The notes beneath the pieces were generated by a model. It searched no databases. It saw nothing but the letters and a program-made list of their open reading frames with translations, and had not been told where the DNA came from. Positions 14,036-25,647 of a DNA stretch of 64,000 bases are shown here, in pieces. The position numbers and the translations under genes are program-made. Every line of letters begins with the position of its first letter. Position 1 is the stretch's first letter. The DNA comes from Octopus bimaculoides (taxonomy: Eukaryota), in assembly GCF_001194135.2 (NCBI RefSeq), contig NC_068986.1, positions 106,629,904 through 106,693,903 of the forward strand, given 5' to 3'.

Positions 14036-15311
14036 NNNNNNNNNNNNNNNNNNNNNNNNNNNNNNNNNNNNNNNNNNNNNNNNNNNNNNNNNNNNNNNNA
14101 TATATATATATATATATATATATATACGATGGGCTTCTTTCAGTTTCCATCTGCCAAATCTACTCACAAGGCTTTGGTCGGCCCGAGGCTATAGTAGAAG
14201 ACACTTGCCCAAGGTGCCACGCAGTGGGACTGAACCGGGAACCATGTGGTTCGTAAGCAAGCTACTTACCACTCAGCCACTCCTCTACGTCTGATAAGAA
14301 AAATATGAAGAAAGTTTATCTTTGTTACACCTTTTTACTTACAGCTCACCATAATGTTCGTTATTGGGTTGAGACATGATATTTCGTTACAATGCTCCAA
14401 TGATGGGTTTATACGCCTACCCTTTTCACTACAGAAGCAACTTACTTCATCGTTACATCCGTTACAACCTGTAAAAGAAAATACGTTTATGAAGACTAAA
14501 AACAAAAGACATGCTATTTCGCTGTTTGACGGGGGGGGNNNNNNNNNNTTAGTGGTTGATCTGGTTTAGTATGAATGCTGCGTGAATCAAATTCCTTCAA
14601 TTATGATATTTGATTGGTAGGTCTTAGTAAGTGTCGTATTCGTGTGAATGACGAAAGCGCGCATGAGCAGAGGCCAGCAGAGGCCAGCAGAGCAGCCAAT
14701 ACTGACTCCTTGTTGTCTTTGTTGATAATCAAGAGACCGATAAGAAACTGATGCGGCTTTGAGGATTAACGGTGACGGCTGATTAGCCAACGATATCTAG
14801 AAAAGCGTGATAATTAATTTACTGTGAAATATCGATGAAATTAGTATTTAGTTGACAAATATTACACTTTAAACTTTTCGACTATATCAATATGTTGTGA
14901 GTGATATTTTATTGTATTTTCCTTTGAATTTCATTCATTTTCTTTAAATATTTCTTATCAAGATGTAGTAAAGACACAAAAGAATGATGATTATTGTTTT
15001 AATTAAGAATGTTTATGTTAATTACACTTCTTGATTTTCTTTTACAAATTTACATACTGGGGTTCAATAAGTTAAAAAAATTCCTTCAAAGGTTTGATGA
15101 TATAAGACGTTTACCGACCTGTACTCAAGAAATTTCATGGATATGATGAAAAATAACTTTGCATGCTGCATGGAAAGAAGCCATGGAGGCTTTTAATGGG
15201 GAAATATATCAGATGAAAACTTAAGGAATATTGAAGCTTACCAAATGGAGCATTCGTAACACCGTTAGGGAGGATTAGAAGTGAGAACAAAGTTACCGGA
15301 AATATATACAT
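7764..15311 (-). CDS. Gene A: intact 89-aa secreted six-cysteine protein (possibly beta-microseminoprotein/PSP94-like); join(15311-15242,13165-13034,7831-7764)
   Basis: The 70+132+68=270 nt spliced ORF has canonical GT-AG sites and two phase-1 introns. Protein: MYIFPVTLFSLLILPNGVTNAPFDCKDTEGQCLTGDYFAFGATDFRCRSLYCRVPPIEFKKVTRYDQICKLERENKNEKYLIYENRLEC*. Exon sizes are identical in the paralogs. N gaps in the last intron could hide extra exons. Confidence 0.85.
8828..9129 (-). mobile_element. tRNA-derived SINE, family 2 (gtggaggcgcaatggcccagtggttaggg head), 3' part lost in a gap
   Basis: Reverse complement matches the copies at 47416-47798 and 61284-61662. Confidence 0.9.
10294..10515 (+). mobile_element. 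3' end of a CR1/L2/Jockey-group LINE with an A-rich tail
   Basis: CSSLGFRGPQLLNALPKHLRD..FKTKLDAFLSTVPDEP..NSLIHQ is a characteristic LINE ORF2 C-terminus, followed by aaaaaataaaaaaataa. Confidence 0.75.
11672..11826 (-). mobile_element. SINE family 1, 3' half (remainder in gap)
   Basis: (actctttt)n tail plus cttgtttcagtcatttgactgc..gccgaacggctaagttac. Confidence 0.9.
13034..13165 (-). CDS. Gene A Cys-rich exon (D)CKDTEGQCLTGDYFAFGATDFRCRSLYCRVPPIEFKKVTRYDQ
   Basis: Acceptor ttctttcag|, donor |gtatgt, 132 nt. Ungapped alignment to 37002-37133 includes synonymous substitutions. Confidence 0.88.
13767..14284 (-). mobile_element. SINE family 1, near full length, in gene A intron 2
   Basis: Tail, body, internal microsatellite and head are all present. 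It is absent at the homologous position in B and D (aactcgtctgataag). Confidence 0.9.
15242..15311 (-). CDS. Gene A signal-peptide exon MYIFPVTLFSLLILPNGVTNAPF
   Basis: ctaacag|ATG acceptor, donor |gtaagc, hydrophobic core. Four copies of identical length (70 nt) occur in the window. Confidence 0.88.
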
Positions 15312-16399
15312 CTGTTAGTAAAGAATACAAATAAAATATTTCATTATGTTCGGTATTTCCTTAATATTGTTGCTAAAGTAATTCCTTCGAAAAGTCAAAT
15401 ATTTAAACAATATTAACATTCAAATATGAGATTGGTGATCATATCCCGCATATATTTTGTCTCTCATTCTCCAATGGCCTACTCCATTCCTACGTGTAAA
15501 TTATAAAGGTAGATGTATGTCACAGTGGCCTACACGGAATACAGGGGCCTTATGCTGATATAGAGAGAAATTATAAGGCTGGGTGTGATGTATTGGAGCA
15601 CGTAAAATACTTTGTTTAAAGACGCGTGTTCCAGAATAAAGAACAGAATGTCAAGTTTGCTTAATAATTAATATGAAATCATGTATAGCCAGTGACAATG
15701 TTTTTCAGAATTGAAATGGAACATTGGAGTCATATTTGCGAAAGTGATTTGACATGAAACAGCGTGCTTAAACTAAATCAACATCACCCGGAAGTCATAT
15801 GTTAGCCATTGAAAACCAAACAAAGGCTCTTAACATTTATTATTTGGTATCAAAATTTTCGTCGCATTAATGGTGACCTGCGCACTCACGCAATCCTATT
15901 GGTTCAAAAGTAACAATTCACAGTAAAATACATATTGGAAATAATACGAAACTTTCGACTTTATATCAAAGGTACAGCCTATTACAAGCCATTGAAAAGC
16001 ATAGTAACGGAATCCTCGATACAAAAAAAGTAATAATAATCCTTTCTTGTATACGTACAATTCAAGAAACTTTTAGAAAGTGGGCTATTCGATCATATCG
16101 ATCCCAGCTTTCAGATGCTGTTATTGTATCAACAGCGTAATTCGCTTCGAAATGTAATGAAGTTTTAATGTTTCATTGCAAAAAAGTCTAGCACAAGACA
16201 GCCGACCATAAATACAATAAATGAATCCATAGAATACAACAAAACATAATATAACTCACCTGGCAAGAAATAAAATTACATTTAAAGACAAAGAAATTAA
16301 AAACACAGTTTATAGTAGAAAATTATCAGTAGCTAGTTTATATAAGAAACAAGGAAAGAAAGCGTGCAGTGCAACACATGCAGAAATATATATATATAT

Positions 16400-16590
16400 G
16401 TATATATATTGTAACCTCGTGGGCATCGGTACCATTTTCCTCTTTCTCCGTTCTTCCATTCTCCGAACTTTCCATCTTTCCGACGAAGGGCTACGCCCGA
16501 AACGTCATACACTCTCTCTTTCCTTTCCTGAGCGTCCAATAATACTATCCATATCACGTCCTCACTTTGTTGTTTTTTTGTTTTTTTGTT
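16400..16590 (+). mobile_element. Penelope-like element terminal fragment with a degenerate hammerhead-like motif
   Basis: ccgacgaagggctacgcccgaaacgtc at 16480-16506, followed by ..cctgagcgtc.. as in the related ends at ~29150 and ~45245. Confidence 0.5.
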
Positions 16591-17758
16591 ATTGTGTTTT
16601 TGAACTNNNNNNNNNNNNNNNNNNNNNNNNNNNNNNNNNNNNNNNNNNNNNNNNNNNNNNNNNNNNNNNNNNNNNNNNNNNNNNNNNNNNNNNNNNNNNN
16701 NNNNNNNNNNNNNNNNNNNNNNNNNNNNNNNNNNNNNNNNNNNNNNNNNNNNNNNNNNNNNNNNNNNNNNNNNNNNNNNNATATATATATATATATATAT
16801 ACATACATCCTTATGCATAAAGTTAAATGCAGATAAAACGTATTAAATACGTAGCAAAATAATCTATGTGCCAACTACTAGGATGTAGTTGCGCGACAAA
16901 AATTCTGAAATTTCATCAAATAAACTTAATTTGATTTAACAGCTTCTTTGCGTTAATACGTAGGTACAATGTCTTTGAAAATACCAGTTATAGTGTATAA
17001 AAGCAAAATATATTAGTGACAGGGTTATTCGAACCAGCATCAACCTGACAGAGCGTTCCCATTCGCATATATTTCGACAGATTGCATGCACAGCTCTTTT
17101 GTCTCATGCAGCAGTTTCTAATAGCCACCAGTTTCATTTCATTACAGATAAATGAATTAATAAGTAAACAAATAAATTGATAAACGCAAATCCCTGGTTC
17201 AAACTCTGGCAGGAGATGTTACAAAAGAAATGCATAAATTGCGCACAATTCTAACAAAACCAATTTTTAAAGAAATAAATTTTCAGTGTTAGGATTATTG
17301 ATGATACAACGGCAACTACCAAACATTAAGATAGCAACCAACAAAAACGATTACATAAAATGCTAAATAGGGAGCCTACATATTTTACTGGACCTGCAAG
17401 AAATATCAACCAAAACTTCCCTATATCCCATTTGGTAAGAGGGAAAGAATATGACGTGACAGCCACGAATAGAACATAATTTGATCATAGACATTTGTGT
17501 TAATCGCTCATGTAAATTAAAGAACAGTAATATCTATTTCAAAGTCGCATTCCTCCTATGTCTTAGAGTAGAATTTCACGCAGAATAGATTTTGATATTT
17601 TTGATATAAGAGTAAAGAAAAATTTCAAAACGAATTGTCATTAGTTTTAGTGCTATATGTCAAGAGATTGATCCTTGTAGTTCTTTGTGTCACATTTCAT
17701 AAACAAAAGGAAAAAAAAAAACTTGAATTATAAATTTTCTACTAGACATGTAACTTAC

Positions 17759-17778
17759 CTCGGAATTCTGAATGAGAG
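17759..17778 (-). other. Gene A 5'UTR exon (20-nt core, or 3' end of a ~130-nt first exon)
   Basis: tttttttag|CTCTCATTCAGAATTCCGAG|gtaagt; homologous at 41900-41919, 55019-55038 and 62663-62682. Confidence 0.65.
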
Positions 17779-17879
17779 CTAAAAAAAACATATGACAAAA
17801 TGAAATTAACTAGTGTTGCAAACTTTTTCAGAGTCTGGGTTACTTTAACATACAGCCGCCGTATGTGGTATATGGATAC

Positions 17880-17990
17880 CGTAAACATACATTCTCTGCA
17901 TGAATTTCTGATTTATAGCTATAATACAAATGGGTTTTAGGTTTGCAATGACACGTTCATTGTTAGTTTTATTATTAGCGTTCTACATTA
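17880..17990 (-). promoter_or_regulatory. Conserved core-promoter block of gene A with TATAAA at 17912-17917
   Basis: Minus strand reads cgtgtcattgcaaacctaaaac..gtattatagcTATAAAtcagaaattcatg. It is highly conserved in all four copies. Confidence 0.6.
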
Positions 17991-18339
17991 ATTCATGACA
18001 GACACATAACTCGACAAATAACAGAGGAAATGTTCGAAAATCAAGAAAAAGTATATTAAATCATTTGGTAATGGAAACAAAACCCCATTTAGCAAAGAGA
18101 ACGTATAATCTATAAGGGAACATATAATCCAATGTATTATCTACTTAAGATTGTAGGGAATTATTTTACACGAATAATGGTTGTAATTCTATCAGATAAA
18201 ACATGGTTTTATGAATGAGTGCTTCACTAAAGTTCTCAGGCTTCCCATCCACGGAAACATAATTTCAACCCCTCCCATTCAATAGTCACATATGCATGAT
18301 TCCAAACATGGGGAGCGAGATACCGTACATCTTGGGGTG

Positions 18340-20150
18340 CTGAAATGACAAACTGAATCCCTTTTTTTATCCTCAGGAAAAACCACCAAAACTACACTCA
18401 CATAAACACCAAGGCAAAAACAAAAAACATTCATCAACCGTGTAGATCGCACTGACTACAATAAAGGAGGAAAAGGCATTTTTCTCAATGATTCCTATGA
18501 AAATCTCAATCTCAAGCACTAATAGTAATAAGCTTCCAAGAGAAAAAAAAATTCTTCAGGTGAATCAAAAGACTTTATTAACAAATTCTCCAATTAAAAT
18601 AAAACCGCCAACAACAGCATGCACATTCAACAACAATAAAAGTATTGAGTTGGAAAAACAGCAGATGCAGGTCAACTTGAACACCTACATCCACAATCAA
18701 AGAGCTGCTGTGGAAAACTGGGTAATTAAAAAGTGAAGCTGTTCTCGAAAGTGTTTTATTCATGTGCCAACAAAGCATAGTAACGTTCTCTCATCAGTTG
18801 GTCTATTAATTAGCATTCTCCCACATGACGCTGAAGAAACGATGGATGTTCTTCACAAGGATTACTACTCTGTCTTTAGCGATCTCTAGGATTTTGACGC
18901 AAGAGTTCTGAAGGAACTCATTCCTCGACATATTGTCTTGGACCGATCTTTCACCGCCTCAGACATCATAAATGATGTCATGTACTATTCTGCTGTAGGA
19001 CCTGATAGATTCGTTATTAGTATCCTGAAGACATCGACTTGCTACCCCTCTAACCAACCTCTGGAGAAATTCTTTACGCTCAGGCTATATACCGAAACAG
19101 TTCCTATCGCAAACTATCATCCCGATTTTCAAAATGAGAAACACGTCTCTCACAGATAACTATTTCCCAATCTCACTCATCTCTAATTTCATCAAAGTGT
19201 TTGAAAGTGTGGTGAGATCGAGGATAACTGGCTTCCGGAAAAGGCAGCACTGACGTCACATCCATGATGTCCTCAAGGCTTTGGATCACATTCGATCTCT
19301 GATGTCATATATCTTGGTTACAGTAAAGCGTTCGTCAGAGTTGACCACAATATCCTGGTTTCAGAATTGTCAAATGTTAGAATTGGAATCCATTGAAACT
19401 ACTACGCTGGATCATTTTCTGGTGAACAAATGACATGTTGTGATCGGTGGATTCCATTGTAGCCCAGCAAGAGTCAACAGGGGATTGTTTGGGATTCATG
19501 AAACCCAGCAAATTAAGAATATTTGCAGATGACTCTGAGCTCCAGAAAATTATCACTACATCTTGCTCTCTGGATATTGCGGTTCAGAGAGCAAGATACC
19601 ATCTCCTTTGTACGGACACACCAAGAATACTGCTGCACTATGTGGCTACCCCACACCAAACAAAGCAGTACGAGAACTAAGTCACTCCAGAGAGTGTTCA
19701 CAAAATATAAATGGCATGATTGATCAGGATTTCTGAATCTTTATTCTTTCCAGCGTCACAACATGAGCGTTACAACGCTTGCACAATGTGGGGGATATAA
19801 CACTGGAATTGCCCAAACGAACTTAACAGCAGATTAAGAATTTGTACAATGCTGATGCCACGTGACATATGCCCGCTGCACATTTCAGGCTCATGATGCA
19901 TAAATTAAGTGCAATACAATTGCTTCCCCTCAACGGGCCATACTGTATTGTACATCATGCGAAAACGAATCAGAGGGAAAGATGTAATGACCCTCAAACA
20001 AAACGTGGACAAGATTCTTCAAGGGATATCAGATAAGCCACTCTTAACTGGACACATCAATAACAACCACGTACTGGAATGGGCCATCACACAGCAACAT
20101 TTGTCTAAAAAATGGCTTGACAGATCCTATCACGCAGTGGAACTAAATTA
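18340..20150 (+). mobile_element. Highly degenerate CR1/L2/Jockey-group LINE (RT remnants)
   Basis: Remnant motifs KAF.RVDHNIL (~19325), IFADD (~19520) and EYCCTMWLPH..SLQRVFT (~19625), with many stops. The 5' part is homologous to 63500-64000. Confidence 0.7.
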
Positions 20151-20369
20151 GAGATGGCCGGGCTCACTCTTTGAGCGAGACTTAATTAGGTTAAGTTATA
20201 TATACAAGAAATTACAATAAACATAAATTCATATTATTTGTTCATACGTATGTTGTTTTACAAATTTTTAAAAGTGATGGTCCTTCAAAGCCCAAGTTGT
20301 TGCAGAATCTGTACCTAGCATTAGATGGAGGGGACAATGCCTTGGTACAACATAATGGCATCAAGTACA

Positions 20370-20640
20370 GGAAGTAGAGCCGTAGTTTTGTGAGTTTCTG
20401 CATGTATTTCATCTGTGGTTCAAACGGTTAAATATAGCAGCGTTCGATCACTTCGAGCTCCGGTGTTACTATGACACTATATGGTGACCACAGCTGAGAG
20501 CAATAGTCAAGGAGCCGAAAACAAATGAGTTCCACAGGGACAACTTGAGGTCTAAGTCGCTTATCCTGAAGGATCTTAGTATCCATCCTGCCAAATGTCC
20601 ATACTTTATCGCTATTTTGGCAATGTCCCACTGTGTGTGT
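20370..20640 (-). mobile_element. LINE RT C-terminal fragment
   Basis: LLDYCSQLWSPYS..ELEVIERCY on the minus strand; homologous fragment at 42440-42770. Confidence 0.7.
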
Positions 20641-20644
20641 TGCT

Positions 20645-22228
20645 GGATGGAATGTGGATGCAATGTGAATGGAATGGGAATGGAATGGGAATGGAATGGG
20701 AATGGAATGGGAATGGAATGGGAATTGAATCGGAATTGAATGGGAATGGAATGTGAATGGAATGGGAATGGAATGGGAATGGAATGGGAATGGAATGTGA
20801 ATGCAATGTGAATGCAATGGGAATTGAATGGGAATGGAATGTGAATGGAATGGGAATTGAATGTGAATGGAATGAGAATTGAATGTGAATGGAATGGGAA
20901 TGGAATGGGAATGGAATGGGAATGGAATGTGAATGGAATGTGAATGGAATGTGAATGGATNNNNNNNNNNNNNNNNNNNNNNNNNNNNNNNNNNNNNNNN
21001 NNNNNNNNNNNNNNNNNNNNNNNNNNNNNNNNNNNNNNNNNNNNNNNNNNNNNNNNNNNNNNNNNNNNNNNNNNNNNNNNNNNNNNNNNNNNNNNNNNNN
21101 NNNNNNNNNNNNNNNNNNNNNNNNNNNNNNNNNNNNNNNNNNNNNNNNNNNNNNNNNNNNNNNNNNNNNNNNNNNNNNNNNNNNNNNNNNNNNNNNNNNN
21201 NNNNNNNNNNNNNNNNNNNNNNNNNNNNNNNNNNNNNNNNNNNNNNNNNNNNNNNNNNNNNNNNNNNNNNNNNNNNNNNNNNNNNNNNNNNNNNNNNNNN
21301 NNNNNNNNNNNNNNNNNNNNNNNNNNNNNNNNNNNNNNNNNNNNNNNNNNNNNNNNNNNNNNNNNNNNNNNNNNNNNNNNATTGAATGTGAATGGAATGG
21401 GAATGGAATGGGAATGGAATGGGAATTGAATGGGAATTGAATGGGAATGGAATGGGAATTGAATGGGAATGGAATGGGAATGGAATGTGAATGGAATGTG
21501 AATGGAATGTGAATGGATGTGAATGGAATGTGAATGGAATGTGAATGGGATGGGAATTGAATGAGAATGGAATGTGGATGGAATGGGAATTGAATGTGAA
21601 GAATGTGAATGGAATGTGAGGAATGTGGATGCAATGTGAATGGAATGGGAATTGAATGGGAATGGAATGTGAATGGAATGGGAATTGAATGTGAATGGAA
21701 TGGGAATTGAATGTGAATGGAATGGGAATGGAATGGGAATTGAATGGGAATTGAATGTGAATGGAATGGGAATGGAATGGGAATTGAATGGGAATGGAAT
21801 GGGAATGGAATGGGAATGGGATGGGAATGGAATGGGAATGGAATGGGAATGGAATGGGAATGGAATGGGAATGGAATGTTGACGATTCCGCTCTGAAATG
21901 TTGGTGGAATGTGAATGGAATGTGAATGGAATGTGAATGGAATGTGAATGGAATGTGAATGGAATGTGGGTGGAATGTGAGAGATATGAATGGAATGTGA
22001 ATGGAATGTCAGGGAAGTGAATGGAATGTGGATAGAATGTGAGGAACGTGAGTGGCTTGCGAATTGAATGTGAAAGGAATGTGAATGGAATGTTGATGGA
22101 ATGTGAGGAGTGTGAATGGAATGTGAATGAAATGTGAATGGAAAGTGGATGTGATGTGATGAACGTGAATGAAATGTGAGGAATGTGAATGGACTGTGAA
22201 TGGAATGTAAATGGAATGTGAGGAATGT
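20645..22228. repeat. (GGAAT)n-type satellite with 11-bp variants (GGAATGTGAAT, GGAATGGGAAT, TGAATGGGAAT); N gap at 20961-21380
   Basis: Seen directly; it degenerates toward the 3' end. Confidence 0.95.
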
Positions 22229-22371
22229 GCACGTGTGTGTGTATCCCTACATATATACATGCTTGTAGAAATAACTATATCAATATCAAATTCTCTCTCT
22301 ATCTCTCTCTATCTCTCTCGAGGGGACAAATAGTGACACACAAACACATACACACACTTATATATATACAT

Positions 22372-22539
22372 ATATACGACGGGCTTCTTTCAGTTTCCCT
22401 CTACGAAATTCACTAACAAGTATTTGGTCGGCCCGAGGCTATAGTAGAAGACACTTGTCCAAAATACCATGCAGTGGGACTGAACCCGGAACTATGTGAT
22501 TGCTAAGCAAGCTACTTACCACACAGCCACTCCTGCGCC
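22372..22539 (-). mobile_element. SINE family 1, 5' half
   Basis: gacgggcttctttcagtttcc..ccactcctgcgcc. Confidence 0.9.
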
Positions 22540-22608
22540 TATTATTAATTTTTTTAATGCATTTGTTTTTTTTTATTTTCTTGATATGAACTTCGTGAAA
22601 TTATTTAA

Positions 22609-23584
22609 CACTAGCAGTATAGCACGGATTTTCCCGAGATTTAGTTAGGATTATAAAGCTAATCAGGTTCATTATTTCAAACCAAACTAAGTANNNNNNN
22701 NNNNNNNNNNNNNNNNNNNNNNNNNNNNNNNNNNNNNNNNNNNNNNNNNNNNNNNNNNNNNNNNNNNNNNNNNNNNNNNNNNNNNNNNNNNNNNNNNNNN
22801 NNNNNNNNNNNNNNNNNNNNNNNNNNNNNNNNNNNNNNNNNNNNNNNNNNNNNNNNNNNNNNNNNNNNNNNNNNNNNNNNNNNNNNNNNNNNNNNNNNNN
22901 NNNNNNNNNNNNNNNNNNNNNNNNNNNNNNNNNNNNNNNNNNNNNNNNNNNNNNNNNNNNNNNNNNNNNNNNNNNNNNNNNNNNNNNNNNNNNNNNNNNN
23001 NNNNNNNNNNNNNNNNNNNNNNNNNNNNNNNNNNNNNNNNNNNNNNNNNNNNNNNNNNNNNNNNNNNNNNNNNNNNNNNNNNNNNNNNNNNNNNATATAT
23101 ATGGGCAACACCCACACATACATACACACACGCAGACACACACACACACGCACACACACACACTCACACACATTCACACATGTACGTACACCAATTGCAT
23201 ACATATTTTTTGTACGCATATATACTTGTATGTGTGTCTGTGTGTGTTGCCCGTATATCAACAAAACACTTTTTTTCCTCGATGGAAAAACACAACAAAA
23301 GTCTTAACAAAAACTTACTCGTCGCTAGAAGAGGACTTAACTCCTGTTGTAAGCAATGGTGGATTTCTCCGACTTGAAAATTGCTAAAAGTTTTGGTGGA
23401 AAATTTAGTTTTACTGCTATTCTCTGGTGCCTTTGGGGAAAATAAGTTGACGAAAATACAGCTAGGTTCATGATGAATGTCCTAAAATTGGAGCGACATG
23501 GGTGCTAATTTGTGGACGTGCATCAATTACTTTCACGTACACACACACATACACACACACATCCTGCATTTTATATATACAGAT
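22609..23584. mobile_element. Possible non-autonomous Helentron/Helitron-like insertion with internal microsatellite
   Basis: Starts actagcagtatagcacggattttcccg and ends ttttatatatacagat. It is absent from the homologous flank at ~43900. Confidence 0.45.
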
Positions 23585-25647
23585 ATATAAAACTTATTTG
23601 TACACTTATCTAGTGAAATCTTTTCTAATTTCGTTCTCTAAACATTTTTATTAACTGTTTCTTGTTTCATTTATTTCGTAAACGAAGATTGGAACGGTGA
23701 AATTCTGAGTCAGGAAATTTAAAATTAAGTTTAAATATATATATATATATATANNNNNNNNNNNNNNNNNNNNNNNNNNNNNNNNNNNNNNNNNNNNNNN
23801 NNNNNNNNNNNNNNNNNNNNNNNNNNNNNNNNNNNNNNNNNNNNNNNNNNNNNNNNNNNNNNNNNNNNNNNNNNNNNNNNNNNNNNNNNNNNNNNNNNNN
23901 NNNNNNNNNNNNNNNNNNNNNNNNNNNNNNNNNNNNNNNNNNNNNNNNNNNNNNNNNNNNNNNNNNNNNNNNNNNNNNNNNNNNNNNNNNNNNNNNNNNN
24001 NNNNNNNNNNNNNNNNNNNNNNNNNNNNNNNNNNNNNNNNNNNNNNNNNNNNNNNNNNNNNNNNNNNNNNNNNNNNNNNNNNNNNNNNNNNNNNNNNNNN
24101 NNNNNNNNNNNNNNNNNNNNNNNNNNNNNNNNNNNNNNNNNNNNNNNNNNNNNNNNNNNNNNNNNNNNNNNNNNNNNNNNNNNNNNNNNNNNNNNNNNNN
24201 NNNNNNNNNNNNNNNNNNNNNNNNNNNNNNNNNNNNNNNNNNNNNNNNNNNNNNNNNNNNNNNNNNTATATATATATATATTAAGTGTATGATTAATTTA
24301 TGGAGTGAAGTTCTACAAATCCAATAATATTTGTCAAAAGATAGCAGATATGATGTTAAAGAGTTGTAGGAAGTTTATTCATGCATACAATCGTTTCATA
24401 CATAGATACAAATTCATTTTATAATTTTCAAATATCAAAGTACTCATCAGTGCAGAGAAAAAACAATAGGAACCTAAAAGAAAAACAGAGAAGTTGATAT
24501 ATGAGTTTCATGTTCATTTGTTCCGATCTATGTGTGATAGTGACGGGAGTCATGTGAATTATTAAGCCACAACTAACCGATGATTGGTATTGGAGGATAT
24601 AAGTATAAAGATATCGACAACTTTCTCTCTATAGATTAGTATAGATTTGCAAATTAAGCCTCTATATATGCAGGGCGCTCTGAATGAACATCATAAGTTG
24701 TAGCTTATATATAATTCAGTGAACGTAAGAGAAATTTTTTTCCACAGTAACTGCAGTGTATTTGCCTTTTTAGCCGTTTAAATATGTGACAAGGGTATAC
24801 CAACTAACCTATAATTCTACTCATACCTAAACAATGGTTTGCGCCAACGCTTCGTTATTTACCTTCATCGAGGGATCTACTAGCGCAAATCAGATTATGT
24901 GAAGACTGAATTATATATAAAGCTACGGCGTTATTAAGTTCGTTTAGATTTTCCTCTCTTAGCTACATATCATTGACAAGTGTAAAAAACCTCGAAACAC
25001 TGAGATCCCTAACAGATGACGACACTGAACTAATTGGCTGTTTTCACACCTTTCTAACGTTTTTCTCGACGGTAACTACAATGTATTTGTCTTTTAGAAA
25101 CTGAAATACGTGCCAAAACATATTTCAACTAACCTAAATTCTGCTCATAACAGCACTGCTTTGCGCCGATGCTTCGTTTTATATATATATATATANNNNN
25201 NNNNNNNNNNNNNNNNNNNNNNNNNNNNNNNNNNNNNNNNNNNNNNNNNNNNNNNNNNNNNNNNNNNNNNNNNNNNNNNNNNNNNNNNNNNNNNNNNNNN
25301 NNNNNNNNNNNNNNNNNNNNNNNNNNNNNNNNNNNNNNNNNNNNNNNNNNNNNNNNNNNNNNNNNNNNNNNNNNNNNNNNNNNNNNNNNNNNNNNNNNNN
25401 NNNNNNNNNNNNNNNNNNNNNNNNNNNNNNNNNNNNNNNNNNNNNNNNNNNNNNNNNNNNNNNNNNNNNNNNNNNNNNNNNATATGAGGGCGACTTGTTC
25501 GCAATTTTTCAGCCGAAAAGTAAAAATATATACGTCACTCTAGCATCAGTATTGCCAGATACGAGAGTCAAAGTAACGCATGCATATATACTTACAGACA
25601 CACGAACACATAATATCATATTAAATTGTATTTATTGTAGTATTATC

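Noticed and set aside
14587-14800. Conserved intron-2 block with a 67-aa minus ORF in A and a similar-looking plus frame (..VNDESA..KP..QSI.TP)
   Set aside because: Frames are not preserved across A, B and D (stops, plus a 10-nt duplication in A). The similarity is explained by recent whole-unit duplication.
20469-22232. 587-aa His/Ile/Pro/Phe/Ser-rich ORF and overlapping ORFs
   Set aside because: This is a translation of the (ATTCC)n satellite strand across an N gap, with no splice or codon evidence of a gene.
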